From: an uncultured Gemmatimonadales bacterium
GTDB lineage: Bacteria > Gemmatimonadota > Gemmatimonadetes > Longimicrobiales > Gaopeijiaceae
Assembly (NCBI GenBank): GCA_963823035.1
Contig: CAWGKG010000007.1
Location: 128,001-192,000, forward strand
Reading direction: 5' to 3'
Length of the DNA stretch: 64,000 bases
Of this stretch, positions 32,839 through 44,507 are shown in pieces. The translations under genes were made by a program, and so were the position numbers. A model generated the notes under the pieces. It was not told the origin of the DNA. It saw only the letters and a program-made list of their open reading frames with translations, and made no database searches. The stretch's first letter is position 1. Each line of letters starts with the position of its first letter.

Positions 32839-35670
32839 TCAGCGCCGCTCGATGCTCCGCTCCGCCACCAGGGGCGCGCCCGCCTCCGGGAGGTCGGCGA
32901 CGACGCGCAGCGTCCACGGCCCGGCGGCGAGGTCCCCGACCCAGAGGTTCAGGTACTCGGTGGTCGGGCCTTCCGCGTTCGGCCGGCGCTCCCACGTCGG
33001 ACGGAGTCGATCCTCGCCGGCCGGACGGATGCCCAGGGCCACCACCTCGCCGGTGGTGCGGTTCTCGGCCTCGGCACGCAGGCGGTACCAGGGCGCCAGC
33101 GACGCCACGTCGTACAGCTCGAAGAACACGCCCACCTCCTGGCTCTCCACGGGGCGAGCGAGCGTGAGCGGCTTCATCCAGGGCGCGTCGCGACGCACGG
33201 CCTCCGGCAGCGGCGAGGCGGGCTCCGTGAGGAGGAGGTCGGACATCGTCGCCCCGGCCACCGATTCGGCCGCGTGGACCGAGTCGCGAAGGGCCGCGGC
33301 CTGCCCGGTCCGCCGGTTGAAGACCTCCACGACCACGTCGGACACCTCGGCGGCCGCGGGCGCCTCGAGGGAGATCGGCGACGGCTCGGCGCTCATGAGC
33401 CGCTGGACCATGTCCAGCTTCTCCCCCTCCGCGCCGAGGAGGAAGACGTTCAGGTCGAGCGTGTCGCGCGCCGCGGTGGCGGGGAGGGCGGGCACTTGCG
33501 TGTACACGACCACGTCGGACGCCCCGACGCCGACGCCGCGGAAGCGGGTCACCTGACCCGGGAGGGAGAAGACCAGCCGCGAGCCTGTTCCGTAACGGTG
33601 GGGAAACACCTGGCGGAGCTCGTCCACGTAGGCCCTGCCCTCCGACGTGAGGTCGAGGTTCTCGGAGGCGGCCATGCGTCGGAAGGTGATGTCGGGCCCC
33701 GAACCGTAGTCCCAGAACTCGGTGCGGACTCCGGAGCCCTCCGCGATCACGCGTACATGCGTGGGACGCCCATAGCGGACCCACACCTCGCCCGGGTCGG
33801 ACAGCGCCGAGCCGAAGCGCAGGTGGGCGTAGGCCGCGCGTGCCAGGTGCTCGACCCTGCGCTCGTTCACGGGCGTGGACAGGATGGGGTCCAGGCGTTC
33901 CCAGAAGGAACCCACCCATGCGCCACGCGCGTCCCCCGACGCCTTCCAGAACTGTGCGGTCTGGGAAGGATCGAGCAGCTTGGAGACGTCCTCCAGCTCC
34001 GCGATCTCCGCGGCCGGGAGAGAACGGATAGCGAGGCGGAACTGCCCTTCGGCGTCTTCGGTGCGGGACAGCCGCTGCAGGGCGAGCCCAGTCATGAGCA
34101 AGCCGTAAGGATGTCCCTCCGAGGCGCGCGTGAACCGGCGCGCGCCCTCCAGGACCTCGTTCCACCTTCCCTCGTCCGCCAGCTCCAGGAGCATCTCGAG
34201 GTTGGCGCCGGGGTGGGCGGGATACGCCTCGACCGCCGAGCGGAAGGAAGCCATCATCACGGTCTTGTTCGCCTCGGCGTTCCCCGCCGCGGGCTCGAAC
34301 GCACCCTCGAAGGCCGCGCCCAACGCCTCGGGACAGAGGTAGTTCCAGGCGATCAGGCGATCCACGGACGCGAAGCCCGACAGGGCCCCACCCGACGAGC
34401 GTGCCTGCGGACAGGCGGACGCCGAGAGCGCGTCGGCCGGGAGGCGACCCGCGTTCCTGGACCCCAGCCAGCTCTCGCGGACGAGGAGCCCTCGCTCGTA
34501 GTACAGGTCCGCGAGGATGACGGGAGGCAGCGTGGCGGCGGCGCGCTGCGCCCGCTGCAGGCCGCGTTCGTAGAGCATGCGGGATTCGGTGCGCAGCCCC
34601 TGCTTGCGACGGATGCGCGCCAGCGCCAGCAGCGGCGCCGGGTTGTCGGGGGCCCGCGCGATCGCGGTCTCCAACGCCTCGGACACCTCGGAGCGCCACT
34701 GCGTGGGCGCGGCCCCGGCGGGCGGGTCGCCCTTCAGGATCGCGCCGATCGGTCCGAGCCGGCGCACGGTCGCGTCGTCGCCGAAGGCCGAGCGGAGCAC
34801 ATCCCCGGCCTCCCGCTGGCCCACCACGGGGAGGACGACGTCGTCGCGCCACTCCGAGGCGAGCGGCTCGGGCGAGATCTCCGGGACGGACGGCTGGTCG
34901 ACGGGGTCGATCGCCGGTAGGCCGACCGAGTCCTCCACGCCCGGCGGAGGCCGGAAGCGCACGTCGAACTCCACCCACGTACCCACGGCCTTGCCGCGAC
35001 GGCGGGCCGGCGTGAAGTGGAAGGACGGCGCCACCCGCACCGCGGCACGATCCAATTCGGGCACGCCGGAGCCCGTCGCGACGTTGGCGACGTCCACGGC
35101 GCCGGTCGAATCCACCCAGAGCCGGAGGCGTACCGTGCCTCCGATGCCGCGGCGTTGGAAGGCCAACGGATAGTTGTCGAGGATCAGGTCCTCCGTCCCC
35201 GCCCGGTCGAGCAAATCGGGGAACGTCGCCTCCGGGCCCTCGTAGCGGGGTACGACGGTCCCGCGCGCCGGCGGCAGCTCGCTGCGGAGCCGCGGCGGCA
35301 CGACGTGGAACTCCTCCGTCCCCGTCGACGGCGCGTCGAAGGGGAGGAGCGGCACGGTCGGTGTGGTGGTCGGAGGCGCGATGCTCTCCTCGATCGGCGC
35401 ACGCACCACGTCCACGAGGCGCACGAGCGCGGCCCGTGCCGAGGGGACGCCCAGCCCCACCATCAGGAGTGCGGCCACGCTCGCCGCCATGAGCTGGCGC
35501 ACCGGCACGTGCCGCCGGGGGACGGCCGTTCGCCATTCCCGGGTGAGCTCCGCCTTCAGCTCCGGTCCGAAGGAGGGGCGTTCCTCGTACCGGATCGAGG
35601 AAAGCTCGGCATCCAGCGCGGCCAGGTCGTCCGGCATCTCGATGCCATCGAAGTCGAATCTATCGCTCAT
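32839..35670 (-). CDS. Membrane-anchored multidomain protein: putative anti-sigma N-terminus, TM helix, TonB C-terminal domain, TPR-like repeats, GWxTD-like domain
   Basis: TM near aa 58-80; TonB-C YP..FQRRGIGGTVRLRLWVD..G.V....V..GSG...LDRAA; GWxTD-like FWERLDP...TPVNE...EH..R..YA...F...SDPGEVWVRYGRP. Confidence 0.7.
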   Translation of the reverse strand: MSDRFDFDGIEMPDDLAALDAELSSIRYEERPSFGPELKAELTREWRTAVPRRHVPVRQLMAASVAALLMVGLGVPSARAALVRLVDVVRAPIEESIAPPTTTPTVPLLPFDAPSTGTEEFHVVPPRLRSELPPARGTVVPRYEGPEATFPDLLDRAGTEDLILDNYPLAFQRRGIGGTVRLRLWVDSTGAVDVANVATGSGVPELDRAAVRVAPSFHFTPARRRGKAVGTWVEFDVRFRPPPGVEDSVGLPAIDPVDQPSVPEISPEPLASEWRDDVVLPVVGQREAGDVLRSAFGDDATVRRLGPIGAILKGDPPAGAAPTQWRSEVSEALETAIARAPDNPAPLLALARIRRKQGLRTESRMLYERGLQRAQRAAATLPPVILADLYYERGLLVRESWLGSRNAGRLPADALSASACPQARSSGGALSGFASVDRLIAWNYLCPEALGAAFEGAFEPAAGNAEANKTVMMASFRSAVEAYPAHPGANLEMLLELADEGRWNEVLEGARRFTRASEGHPYGLLMTGLALQRLSRTEDAEGQFRLAIRSLPAAEIAELEDVSKLLDPSQTAQFWKASGDARGAWVGSFWERLDPILSTPVNERRVEHLARAAYAHLRFGSALSDPGEVWVRYGRPTHVRVIAEGSGVRTEFWDYGSGPDITFRRMAASENLDLTSEGRAYVDELRQVFPHRYGTGSRLVFSLPGQVTRFRGVGVGASDVVVYTQVPALPATAARDTLDLNVFLLGAEGEKLDMVQRLMSAEPSPISLEAPAAAEVSDVVVEVFNRRTGQAAALRDSVHAAESVAGATMSDLLLTEPASPLPEAVRRDAPWMKPLTLARPVESQEVGVFFELYDVASLAPWYRLRAEAENRTTGEVVALGIRPAGEDRLRPTWERRPNAEGPTTEYLNLWVGDLAAGPWTLRVVADLPEAGAPLVAERSIERR

Positions 35671-36260
35671 CAGTCTCTATGGATCTCTTGCTGGTGGCGG
35701 TCCACGGCACCCTTCAGGCGCTTGAGCGCCCGGTGGAGCCGCACCGCCACAGCGTTGTTGCTGATTCCGAGGTGGTCCGCGATCTCGCCGTTGTCGAGAC
35801 CCGAACCGTAGCGGAGGGAGAGGATCTCCTGGTCCGCCTTACGCAGCGTCTGGCTTCCGTTCAGCAGACGCTGGATGCGTTCCTCGCGCACGACCCGCTC
35901 CTCCTGGGAGGGGACGTCCGCGACCAGATCGGGCACCCGATCCAACGAGACGTGCAGCGATCCCCGGCGCTTCAGCGCGCGCAGGTGATCGGTGACGGCG
36001 TTGCGCGCGATGCGCAGCAACCACGTTCTCGGCGACGCGCGGTTCTCGTCGTAACGGTGGAGCGACCGGAGGGCCTTCATGAAGACCTCCGACGTGACGT
36101 CCTCCGCAACCTCCCGCGTCGCCACCCTGAAGCGGACGTAGCGGTAGACCGCGCTCCTGTGGTCCCTGAACCACGCCTCGAAATCCCGTGGGAGGCTCGG
36201 GGCCGTTCGGTCGGGAACGATGCGCAAGCCCGGCTCGGGCATCTGACGATCCGTTTGCAT
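35670..36260 (-). CDS. ECF RNA polymerase sigma factor
   Basis: AEDVTSEVFMKAL...RTWLLRIARN region 2; EIADHLGISNNAVAVRLHRAL region 4; start MQTDRQ inferred. Confidence 0.92.
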   Translation of the reverse strand: MQTDRQMPEPGLRIVPDRTAPSLPRDFEAWFRDHRSAVYRYVRFRVATREVAEDVTSEVFMKALRSLHRYDENRASPRTWLLRIARNAVTDHLRALKRRGSLHVSLDRVPDLVADVPSQEERVVREERIQRLLNGSQTLRKADQEILSLRYGSGLDNGEIADHLGISNNAVAVRLHRALKRLKGAVDRHQQEIHRD

Positions 36261-36270
36261 TGCCTCGTTA

Positions 36271-37446
<1,176 letters not shown>

Positions 37447-38205
37447 TCAGCGCGCGGAGTCCGCGCGGAAGGGCAACGCCCGGGCGAAGACGACCAGCGT
37501 GACCTCCGATGCCCCCATCCGGACCAGCTCCGACGCCGCTGCGCTGGCCGTGGATCCGGTGGTTAGCACGTCGTCCACCAGGACGACGTGTGCGCCCTCG
37601 ATCAGGGACGCAGATTCGCCCCGGGCCGCGAACACACCCCTGACGTTAGCCCTACGCTGGGAGGGGGGCAAGGCGACCTGCGTGGCTCCCCCGCGCGTCC
37701 GCACGAGCGCCCGCGCCACCCCCAGATCCAGGCTCTGCGCGAGGCTACGGGCGAGGAGCTCCGCCTGGTTGTATCCGCGCCGGCGGACGCGCTCCCGCGT
37801 CGTCGGAACCGGCACGACCACACGGGGCGCACCCCCCGCCTGGGGGAGAGGGCGAATCGCGGCCATCGCGCGCCCCATCTCTCCCGCGAGCTCGGGCCAT
37901 CCGCCGTACTTGAGGGCGTGGACGAGCGTGTCGGCGGGCGGTGCGAGCACTGTGGCGTAGCGCGCGTGGCCGAGGGCATCGGGCCAGTCGGCGCACTCCC
38001 TGCAACGGGGGGCTTCGGGGCGTCCCGTCCCCAGGGGGAGGTGGCAGCGCGGACAGCGAGGCCAGGGGGCGCGCGGGAGTCGCGAGCGACAGGGTGCGCA
38101 GACGAGCGACGCCCCGCGGTTGTCGGGGATCCAGCTTCCGCAGGCGACGCACCCGCCGGGCAGGAGGAGGTCGAGCAGGCCGGCTGCCCAGCCGGCCGCC
38201 CTCAT
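37447..38205 (-). CDS. comF: ComF family protein (double zinc ribbon plus phosphoribosyltransferase)
   Basis: CVAC/CAPC/CPRC/CREC, RGYNQA, VLVDDVLTTGST. Confidence 0.9.
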   Translation of the reverse strand: MRAAGWAAGLLDLLLPGGCVACGSWIPDNRGASLVCAPCRSRLPRAPWPRCPRCHLPLGTGRPEAPRCRECADWPDALGHARYATVLAPPADTLVHALKYGGWPELAGEMGRAMAAIRPLPQAGGAPRVVVPVPTTRERVRRRGYNQAELLARSLAQSLDLGVARALVRTRGGATQVALPPSQRRANVRGVFAARGESASLIEGAHVVLVDDVLTTGSTASAAASELVRMGASEVTLVVFARALPFRADSAR

Positions 38206-39039
38206 GCGCCCGTGCCCTTCAGGAGCGCCTCCCGCATCTGCTCCACCGGCGCCGGCTGGCCCCACCACCGCTCGAACGAGGCCGCACCCTGCTGCACGAG
38301 CATCTCGGATCCGTCGGCCGTGCGCACGCCATACTCCTCCGCGGCGGCGAGGAAGCGCGTCGGCCCGGTACCGTAGATCAGGTCCATCGCCGCACCCGCC
38401 CGTGTGAGGAGCCGGAAGTCGAGGGGCGACGGGTCGTCCGCCGCCAGCCCCAGCCGTGTGGCGTTCACCACGAGGTCGAAGCTCTGCCACCGGAGCTCCT
38501 CGACGAACGCGGCGACCCTCGCGCGCGGCCCACCGATGCGGCGCGCGACCGCCCGGGCCCGCTCCGCGCTCCGGTTGTAGAGGAGCACCTCGTCGACGCC
38601 CTCCTCCAGGAGCCCCATCAACGTGGCCCGAGCGGCCCCACCGGCACCCAGGAGCAGCACGCGCATCCCCTTGGGATCGCCGATGAAGGAGCGCACCGCC
38701 CGGCGCAGCCCGTCCACGTCCGTGTTGTCGCCGTGGACGCGCCCGTCCGGTCCGCCCCAGAAGGTGTTGCACGCCCCCGTACGGCGCACCGATTCGGAGG
38801 GGACGTCGACCACGGAGGCAGCGCGCTCCTTGTGGGGCAGGGTGACGTTCCCGCCCCCCTGCGCCTTGGAGAGCGCGCGGATGAAGCTGAACAGGTCCTC
38901 CGTCGCGCAGCGCACCGCGACGTAGACGCCGTCCACCCCGGCATGCCGGAAGGCGGCGTTCTGCATGGCCGGCGAGAGGGAGTGACCGATGGGATCTCCC
39001 AGCAGCGCGAGCAGGCGCGTGGACGAGGATCACGGTCAT
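38202..39039 (-). CDS. aroE: Shikimate dehydrogenase (frameshift near the start, ~39025)
   Basis: LLGDPIGHSLSPAMQN, NVTLPHK, GDNTDVDG, LLGAGGAAR, DG.EMLVQQG. Confidence 0.92.
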
Positions 39040-39537
39040 GGCGAGACGATCGGTGCGAGTCGATCGAGCGTTCGCTCGACGAGGCGCTCGAGGAGGACGA
39101 AGGTGGCCTCGTACTCCTCGTCGGATCCGCCGAAGGGATCGGGGACGGACGGAGGGCACCCCGCCGGGGTCCTCCCCCGCCGCGAACGCGGTCAGGAGGT
39201 TGGCCTTCTCCCCCGCCCCCAGGTCGGTCACCCGCAGGAGGTGGCTGGGCGACATCACCAGGACCAGGTCGGCCCACGCGAGCGCCTCCTCGTCCACCGG
39301 CGAGGAGCGATGTGCGGACAGGTCGAGGTCGTGGCGCCGGGCCGCCGCGAGCGAGCCTTCCGACGCCCGTCCGCCGTCGGCGGCCCCCGCCCCGGCCGAC
39401 CGCACCTCCACGTGCTCCCACCCGCGCGCGGCCAGGTCACGGCGCGTGATGACCTCGGCGAGGGGGCTCCGGCAGGTGTTGCCGGTGCAGACGTAGAGGA
39501 GCCTGAACGGCTCGGTGGGAGGGCTCTCAGCTTCCAT
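39036..39537 (-). CDS. Low-molecular-weight protein phosphatase, YwlE-like (frameshift near 39150)
   Basis: VCTGNTCRSP P-loop; DPFGG in the second frame. Confidence 0.88.
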
Positions 39538-40190
39538 GGATGTCCGGAAGGGCGCAGCGGAGTCGGTGCAGGGGCACGGTACCCTCCCGTACCACCACCG
39601 GGCGCGCGCCCGTGCAATCTACGATCGTCGACGGCCCCGACCCCGGGAGCGTACCCGCGTCCAGGACGAGCATCTCCGCCCCGGCGCCGAGCGCCCTCGC
39701 CGCGGCGAGGGCCTCCTCCCCGGAGCGGGCCGGAGCCGTACCCGGCGCGTTCGCGCTCGTGGACGTCAGCGGCTCCTCGAACCGCTCGAGGAGCGCCCGC
39801 ACCAGGGGGTGCGGGCTGACGCGCACGGCCACGCTCCCGGCCGGGCTGCGAATTCCGGGTGGGAAGATACCCAGAGGATCGCCGAGCACCAGCGTCACCG
39901 CGCCGGGCCAGAAGATGCCGGCGAGCTCCCGGGCCTCCGCCGTCCACGCCAGGCGCGCGACCTCGTCGGCGTCGCGGACCAGCACCAGAAGCGGCTTGTC
40001 GGCATCCCGACGCTTGAGCGCCGCCACACGCGCCGCACCCTCCGGCGTGCAGCGCCGCCCCGAAGCCGTAGACGGTCTCGGTCGGGTAGGCGATGAGCCC
40101 GCCGGCGCGCAGGTGCGCCACGGCCGGGCCGAGCTCGGCGTCGGGAGCCGGGGTGCCACGCAGGTCGAGGACGCGCGGAGACGCGCTCAT
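39527..40190 (-). CDS. tsaC: L-threonylcarbamoyladenylate synthase (frameshift near 40055)
   Basis: IAYPTETVYG, KRR...KPL, FWPGAVT, LTSTSAN, PSTIVD. Confidence 0.92.
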
Positions 40191-40930
40191 CCCCCACCCC
40201 GACCTTCGAGCGCTTCTCGAGCGCGCCGCTCCGCGAGGATCGCCTCGGCGATCGGGAGGTCCCCGGGCGCCGTCACCTTCAGGTTCCCCGCCCCCGCGTC
40301 CACCATGCGCACGACGGCACCGACGGCCTCCGCCAGCGCAGCGTCGTCGGTGGCCGAGGCGAGGAGCGCCGCGTCCGCGGCGTACGCCCGGCGGGCGATC
40401 CAGGCCGGGAAGACCTGAGGCGTGTGCGCGTGCCAGAGCCGGGCCCGCTCCGGCGTGGCGACGATGTAGCCGTCCGGGTCCACCTCCTTCATCGTGTCGA
40501 CCGCGCGGCAGCCGGCCACCGCGCCCTCGCCGCCGGCGGCGACGGCGATGCACCGCTCCACCACGCCGGGAGGGAGGAGCGGGCGGGCCGCGTCGTGGAT
40601 GGCCACCACGTCGACGTCGTCCGGGAGCGCGGCCAGCGCGTTCCTCACCGATTCGGCGCGGCTCGACCCTCCCGCGACGATGCGCACGCGCGCGTCGAGC
40701 GCCGTCAGCCAGTCGGGAGGGTCCGCCGCGTCGTCGGGCGCGAGGGCCACCGCGATCGACACCACCCTCGCGTCGGCCAGGAAGGGGCGGATCGCGTGGA
40801 CCAGGACGGGCTCACCCGCCAGCTCCAGGAAGGGCTTTCGCACCCCGCCCATGCGGCGGCCCGAGCCGGCGGCGGGCACCGCGACGCCGACCCGAAGCGC
40901 CCGCTCCGCCGGCGGTGCGCCCCCGGTCAC
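40187..40930 (-). CDS. ispD: 2-C-methyl-D-erythritol 4-phosphate cytidylyltransferase
   Basis: PAAGSGRRMG, GGSSRAESV, IHDAARP, TPQVF, NLKVT. Confidence 0.94.
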   Translation of the reverse strand: MTGGAPPAERALRVGVAVPAAGSGRRMGGVRKPFLELAGEPVLVHAIRPFLADARVVSIAVALAPDDAADPPDWLTALDARVRIVAGGSSRAESVRNALAALPDDVDVVAIHDAARPLLPPGVVERCIAVAAGGEGAVAGCRAVDTMKEVDPDGYIVATPERARLWHAHTPQVFPAWIARRAYAADAALLASATDDAALAEAVGAVVRMVDAGAGNLKVTAPGDLPIAEAILAERRAREALEGRGGG

Positions 40931-42348
40931 GGCCCGTAGCCGGGTCCGTCGTCCGAGCGTCCGCCGTCGTGGGAGCCGCGGGCCACGGAATCGAAGCGGG
41001 TATACGCCTTCTGGAAGAAGAGCTCCACCACGCCGGTGGGGCCGTTGCGCTGCTTGCCCACGATCAGCTCCGCCTTTCCTTCGAGCTCCTCACGCTTCTC
41101 GGGTGGAGCGTAGTACTCCGGGCGGTACAGGAACATGACCAGATCGGCATCCTGCTCGATCGAACCCGACTCGCGCAGGTCCGACAGCATCGGCCGCTTG
41201 TCCGTCCGCTGCTCCGGTCCGCGGCTGAGCTGGGAGAGCGCGATCACGGGCACGTCGAGCTCGCGGGCGAGCGCCTTCAGCCCTCGGGAGATCTCGCTCA
41301 CCTCCTGGACGCGGCTCTCCGTGCGCGCCGCTCCGGACATGAGCTGGAGGTAGTCGATCACCACGATCCCGAGCTCCTTGCCGTCCGCACGCAGCTCGGA
41401 CTGCAGCCTACGCGCCTTGGCGCGGATCTCGAGGACGTTGGTCCCGGGCTGATCGTCGATCCAGATCGGCGCGGTGTTGAGGTGCCCCGCCGCGGCGGCC
41501 AGCCGCTGGTGCTCCTCCTGGCCGAGGCGGCCCCTGCGCAGCCGCTGGGCGTCGATGCGCCCCTCGGCGCAAAGCAGGCGTTGCACGAGCTGGCCCGACG
41601 ACATCTCCAGCGAGAAGATCGCCGCCGGCACGCTGTGTCCGATCGAAGCGTTCGCGGCGACGTTCAGCACCCAGGACGTCTTCCCCATGGAGGGGCGGGC
41701 CGCGACGATGATCAGGTCGCCCTTCTGGAAGCCGGTGGTCATGCGGTCCAGGTCCGGGAAGCCGGTCGGCACGCCGGTGATCCCTCCCGCCGACTCCTGC
41801 AGCTTCTCGATGTGCTCGAAGGCCGACCAGAGGATCTCCTTGATCCAGACGAAGCCCTCGCGGCTGTGGCTCTCGGCTACGCGGAAGATCCGCGCCTCCG
41901 CGTCGTCCAGGAGCTCCTCGACCGTGCGCTCGCCCTGGTCGTAGACGTCGCGGATGATCTGCGAGGCCTGCTCGACGAGGCGCCGCAGCAGCGCCTTTTC
42001 GCGCACGATGCGCGCGTGGTACTCGAGGTTGGCGGCGGTGGGCACGGCGTCCACGAGGGCCGCCAGGTAGTCGAAGCCACCGGAGGACTCCATCTCCCCG
42101 GTCTTCTTGAGCTCCTCCGAGACCGTGATGACGTCGATGACGTCCCCGCGCTCGTAGAGGCGGATCATCGCCCGGTACAGACGACGATTCGCCTCCCGGT
42201 AGAACATCGACTCGTTGAGGTGCTCGACCGCGCGGGTCACGGCCTCCCGGTCGATGAGCATCCCGCCCAGCACGGCCGTCTCCGCCTCCAGGGAGAAGGG
42301 GGGCGTCCTGTCGAAGACGGCCTGCGCGAAGTCGGTCGTGGCTTCCAT
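40927..42348 (-). CDS. dnaB: Replicative DNA helicase
   Basis: PPFSLEAE, AARPSMGKT, IDYLQL, LSQLSR, DLRESGSIEQDAD, KQRNGP; no intein visible; start could be 42384. Confidence 0.97.
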   Translation of the reverse strand: MEATTDFAQAVFDRTPPFSLEAETAVLGGMLIDREAVTRAVEHLNESMFYREANRRLYRAMIRLYERGDVIDVITVSEELKKTGEMESSGGFDYLAALVDAVPTAANLEYHARIVREKALLRRLVEQASQIIRDVYDQGERTVEELLDDAEARIFRVAESHSREGFVWIKEILWSAFEHIEKLQESAGGITGVPTGFPDLDRMTTGFQKGDLIIVAARPSMGKTSWVLNVAANASIGHSVPAAIFSLEMSSGQLVQRLLCAEGRIDAQRLRRGRLGQEEHQRLAAAAGHLNTAPIWIDDQPGTNVLEIRAKARRLQSELRADGKELGIVVIDYLQLMSGAARTESRVQEVSEISRGLKALARELDVPVIALSQLSRGPEQRTDKRPMLSDLRESGSIEQDADLVMFLYRPEYYAPPEKREELEGKAELIVGKQRNGPTGVVELFFQKAYTRFDSVARGSHDGGRSDDGPGYGP

Positions 42349-42448
42349 CGATGTGGCGTGGGGGGCCGGAGCAGATGCGGGCACGCAATCTAGTCGGGCG
42401 CCCCCGGCCGCGCATGAAAGTGTCGTGTGGATGACGTGCCGACGCCGC

Positions 42449-43250
42449 TCAGCCCCCGTCCATCACGACGCGCAGGAGTTGGAGATCGTCCCAGAAGGCG
42501 CGCGTCCACCCCGGATTCCGCAGGAGCGCGGCGGGGTGGTAGGTGACCACCAGGGGAATGCCCTGGTAGGTGTGCACGTCGCCGCGGAGCTTGCCCAGCG
42601 GCTTCTGCTTGTCCGGTGAGCGCCTGCGCCGCGAAGGTGCCGACCGCGAGGAGGGCCCGCGGCGCGATGAGCTCGAGCTGCCGGCGCAGGTACGGCGAGC
42701 ACGCCTCGATCTCGTCCGGCATCGGGTTGCGGTTCCCCGGAGGCCGACACTTGAGGACGTTGCAGATGTACACCGAGTCCCGGCGCGACAGGTCCACGGT
42801 GCCGAGAAGGAGGTCGAGGTACTGCCCGGCCGCGCCCACGAACGGCAGGCCGGTGGCGTCCTCGTTCGCGCCGGGGGCCTCGCCCACGACGACCAGGCGG
42901 GCGTCCACGGCGCCGTCGCTGAACACCACCTGCGTGCGGGTCTCGGAGAGCCGGCACAGGGTGCACCCGAGCGCCTCGTCGCGGAGCGCCTCGTAGGAGG
43001 CGGGGAGCACCGGGAGCGCGCGGCCGGTCTCCGGGCCGGCAGGAGCTCCGGACGGCGACCGGGGCCGCGCAGGCGCCGCAGCCGCGTCGTCCGCCCCGGC
43101 GCGAGCGGTCGTCTTGCCGCGTGCGGCCGCCGCCATCTCGAGCAGCCCGGTCCGGGTCGCCTCGTCGAGGAAGAGCTCGGCGTCCCCCATCTCCCGGCGC
43201 TGGCGCAGCAGGCGCGCCACGTCGCGGGCGTCCGGGCCGCGCGGGCTCAC
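42449..43250 (-). CDS. Uracil-DNA glycosylase family 4 (frameshift near 42605)
   Basis: CTLCRL, VVGEAPG, PFVGAAG, NVLKCRPPGNR, TYHPAALLR. Confidence 0.9.
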
Positions 43251-44482
43251 CCCCGGTCCATCCGCGCGCCGACGCGGTCCAGGATGGCCTCCGCCACCTG
43301 GTCCTTGGACTGCAGGGGAAGTACCTCCGGCTCGCCGTCCGCGGACAGCAGCGTGACGCGATTCGTGTCGACCTCGAAGCCCGCGCCCTCGGCCAGCGCG
43401 TCGTTGGCGACGATCAGGTCGAACGCCTTCGCCTCGAGCTTGCGCCCGGCGTGCGCGATCAGGTCCTCCGTCTCGAGCGCGAAGCCCACCACCACGCTCC
43501 CGGGCCTGCGAGCGTCCCGTGTGTCGCCGGCCACGTCCGGATTGGCGGTGAGCGTGAGGCTCAGCGCCTCGCCCTCCTCGCTGCGCTTGACCTTCCGTGC
43601 GCGCGCCTCGTCGGGACGGAAGTCGGCCACGGCGGCCGCGAAGACGGACGCGTCCGCCTCGCCCAGCCTGGCCGCGACGGCGTGCATCATCTCGACCGCC
43701 GTCTCGACGCGCACCACCTCGACGCCCTCCGGATCGGGAAGGGCGCTCGGGCCGCTCACGAGCACGACGCGCGCGCCCCTGCGCCACGCCGCCTGGGCGA
43801 TCGCGTAGCCCATGCGTCCGGACGAGCGGTTGCCCACGTAGCGGACCGGATCGATCGGCTCGCGCGTCGGGCCCGCGGTGATCAGCACGGTGCGGCCCTC
43901 GAAGGCCACTTCCCGTCCCAGCGCGCGCCCGATGTGCTCCTCGATCTGCCACGGCTCGAGCATGCGCCCCGGGCCTCCGCCCTCGCCGACCGCGAGCGGC
44001 CCGTCGGCGGGGCCCGCGATCCGGTAGCCGATGGCATCGCGCAGGTGTTCGAGGTTCGCCTGCACCTGCGGGTGCGCGAACATCTGGTCGTTCATGGCCG
44101 GACAGACCACCACCGGCGCACGCGTGGCGAGGAGGGTCGTGCACAGCAGGTCGTTCGCCCTTCCGTGCGCGGCACGCGCGATGAAGTCCGCGGTGGCGGG
44201 TGCCACGCAGACCACGTCGGCGTCACGTCCCAGGCGGATGTGCAGGGCCGCGCCTTCCGAGTCGAACATGTCCCACAGGGCCCGCCGGCCCGTGACCCCC
44301 TGGAACGAGAGGGGCGCGACGAAGCGCTGCGCCGAAGCCGTCAGCACCACGTCGACCACGGCACCCAGGAGGGTCAGGTCGCGGGCGACCTGCACCGACT
44401 TGTACGCGGCGATCCCCCCGGTGACGCCGAGCACGACGCGCCGCCCGACCCACGGTCGGCGCGGCTCGAGCAAGCCGGTCAC
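43247..44482 (-). CDS. coaBC: Bifunctional phosphopantothenoylcysteine decarboxylase/ligase
   Basis: GVTGGIAAYK, PAMN, TAGPTREPIDPVRY.GNRSSGRMG, GFALET. Confidence 0.96.
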   Translation of the reverse strand: MTGLLEPRRPWVGRRVVLGVTGGIAAYKSVQVARDLTLLGAVVDVVLTASAQRFVAPLSFQGVTGRRALWDMFDSEGAALHIRLGRDADVVCVAPATADFIARAAHGRANDLLCTTLLATRAPVVVCPAMNDQMFAHPQVQANLEHLRDAIGYRIAGPADGPLAVGEGGGPGRMLEPWQIEEHIGRALGREVAFEGRTVLITAGPTREPIDPVRYVGNRSSGRMGYAIAQAAWRRGARVVLVSGPSALPDPEGVEVVRVETAVEMMHAVAARLGEADASVFAAAVADFRPDEARARKVKRSEEGEALSLTLTANPDVAGDTRDARRPGSVVVGFALETEDLIAHAGRKLEAKAFDLIVANDALAEGAGFEVDTNRVTLLSADGEPEVLPLQSKDQVAEAILDRVGARMDRG

Positions 44483-44507
44483 GACGAGTCCCCCGCCCTC
44501 TGGTCCT

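Noticed and set aside
31843..34920. Long antisense ORFs (1025 aa here and many similar ones)
   Set aside because: Shadow ORFs opposite well-supported genes, expected in high-GC DNA.
37447..39537. Apparent 696-aa phosphatase-ComF fusion ORF
   Set aside because: Frameshift artefact; aroE lies between them in another frame.
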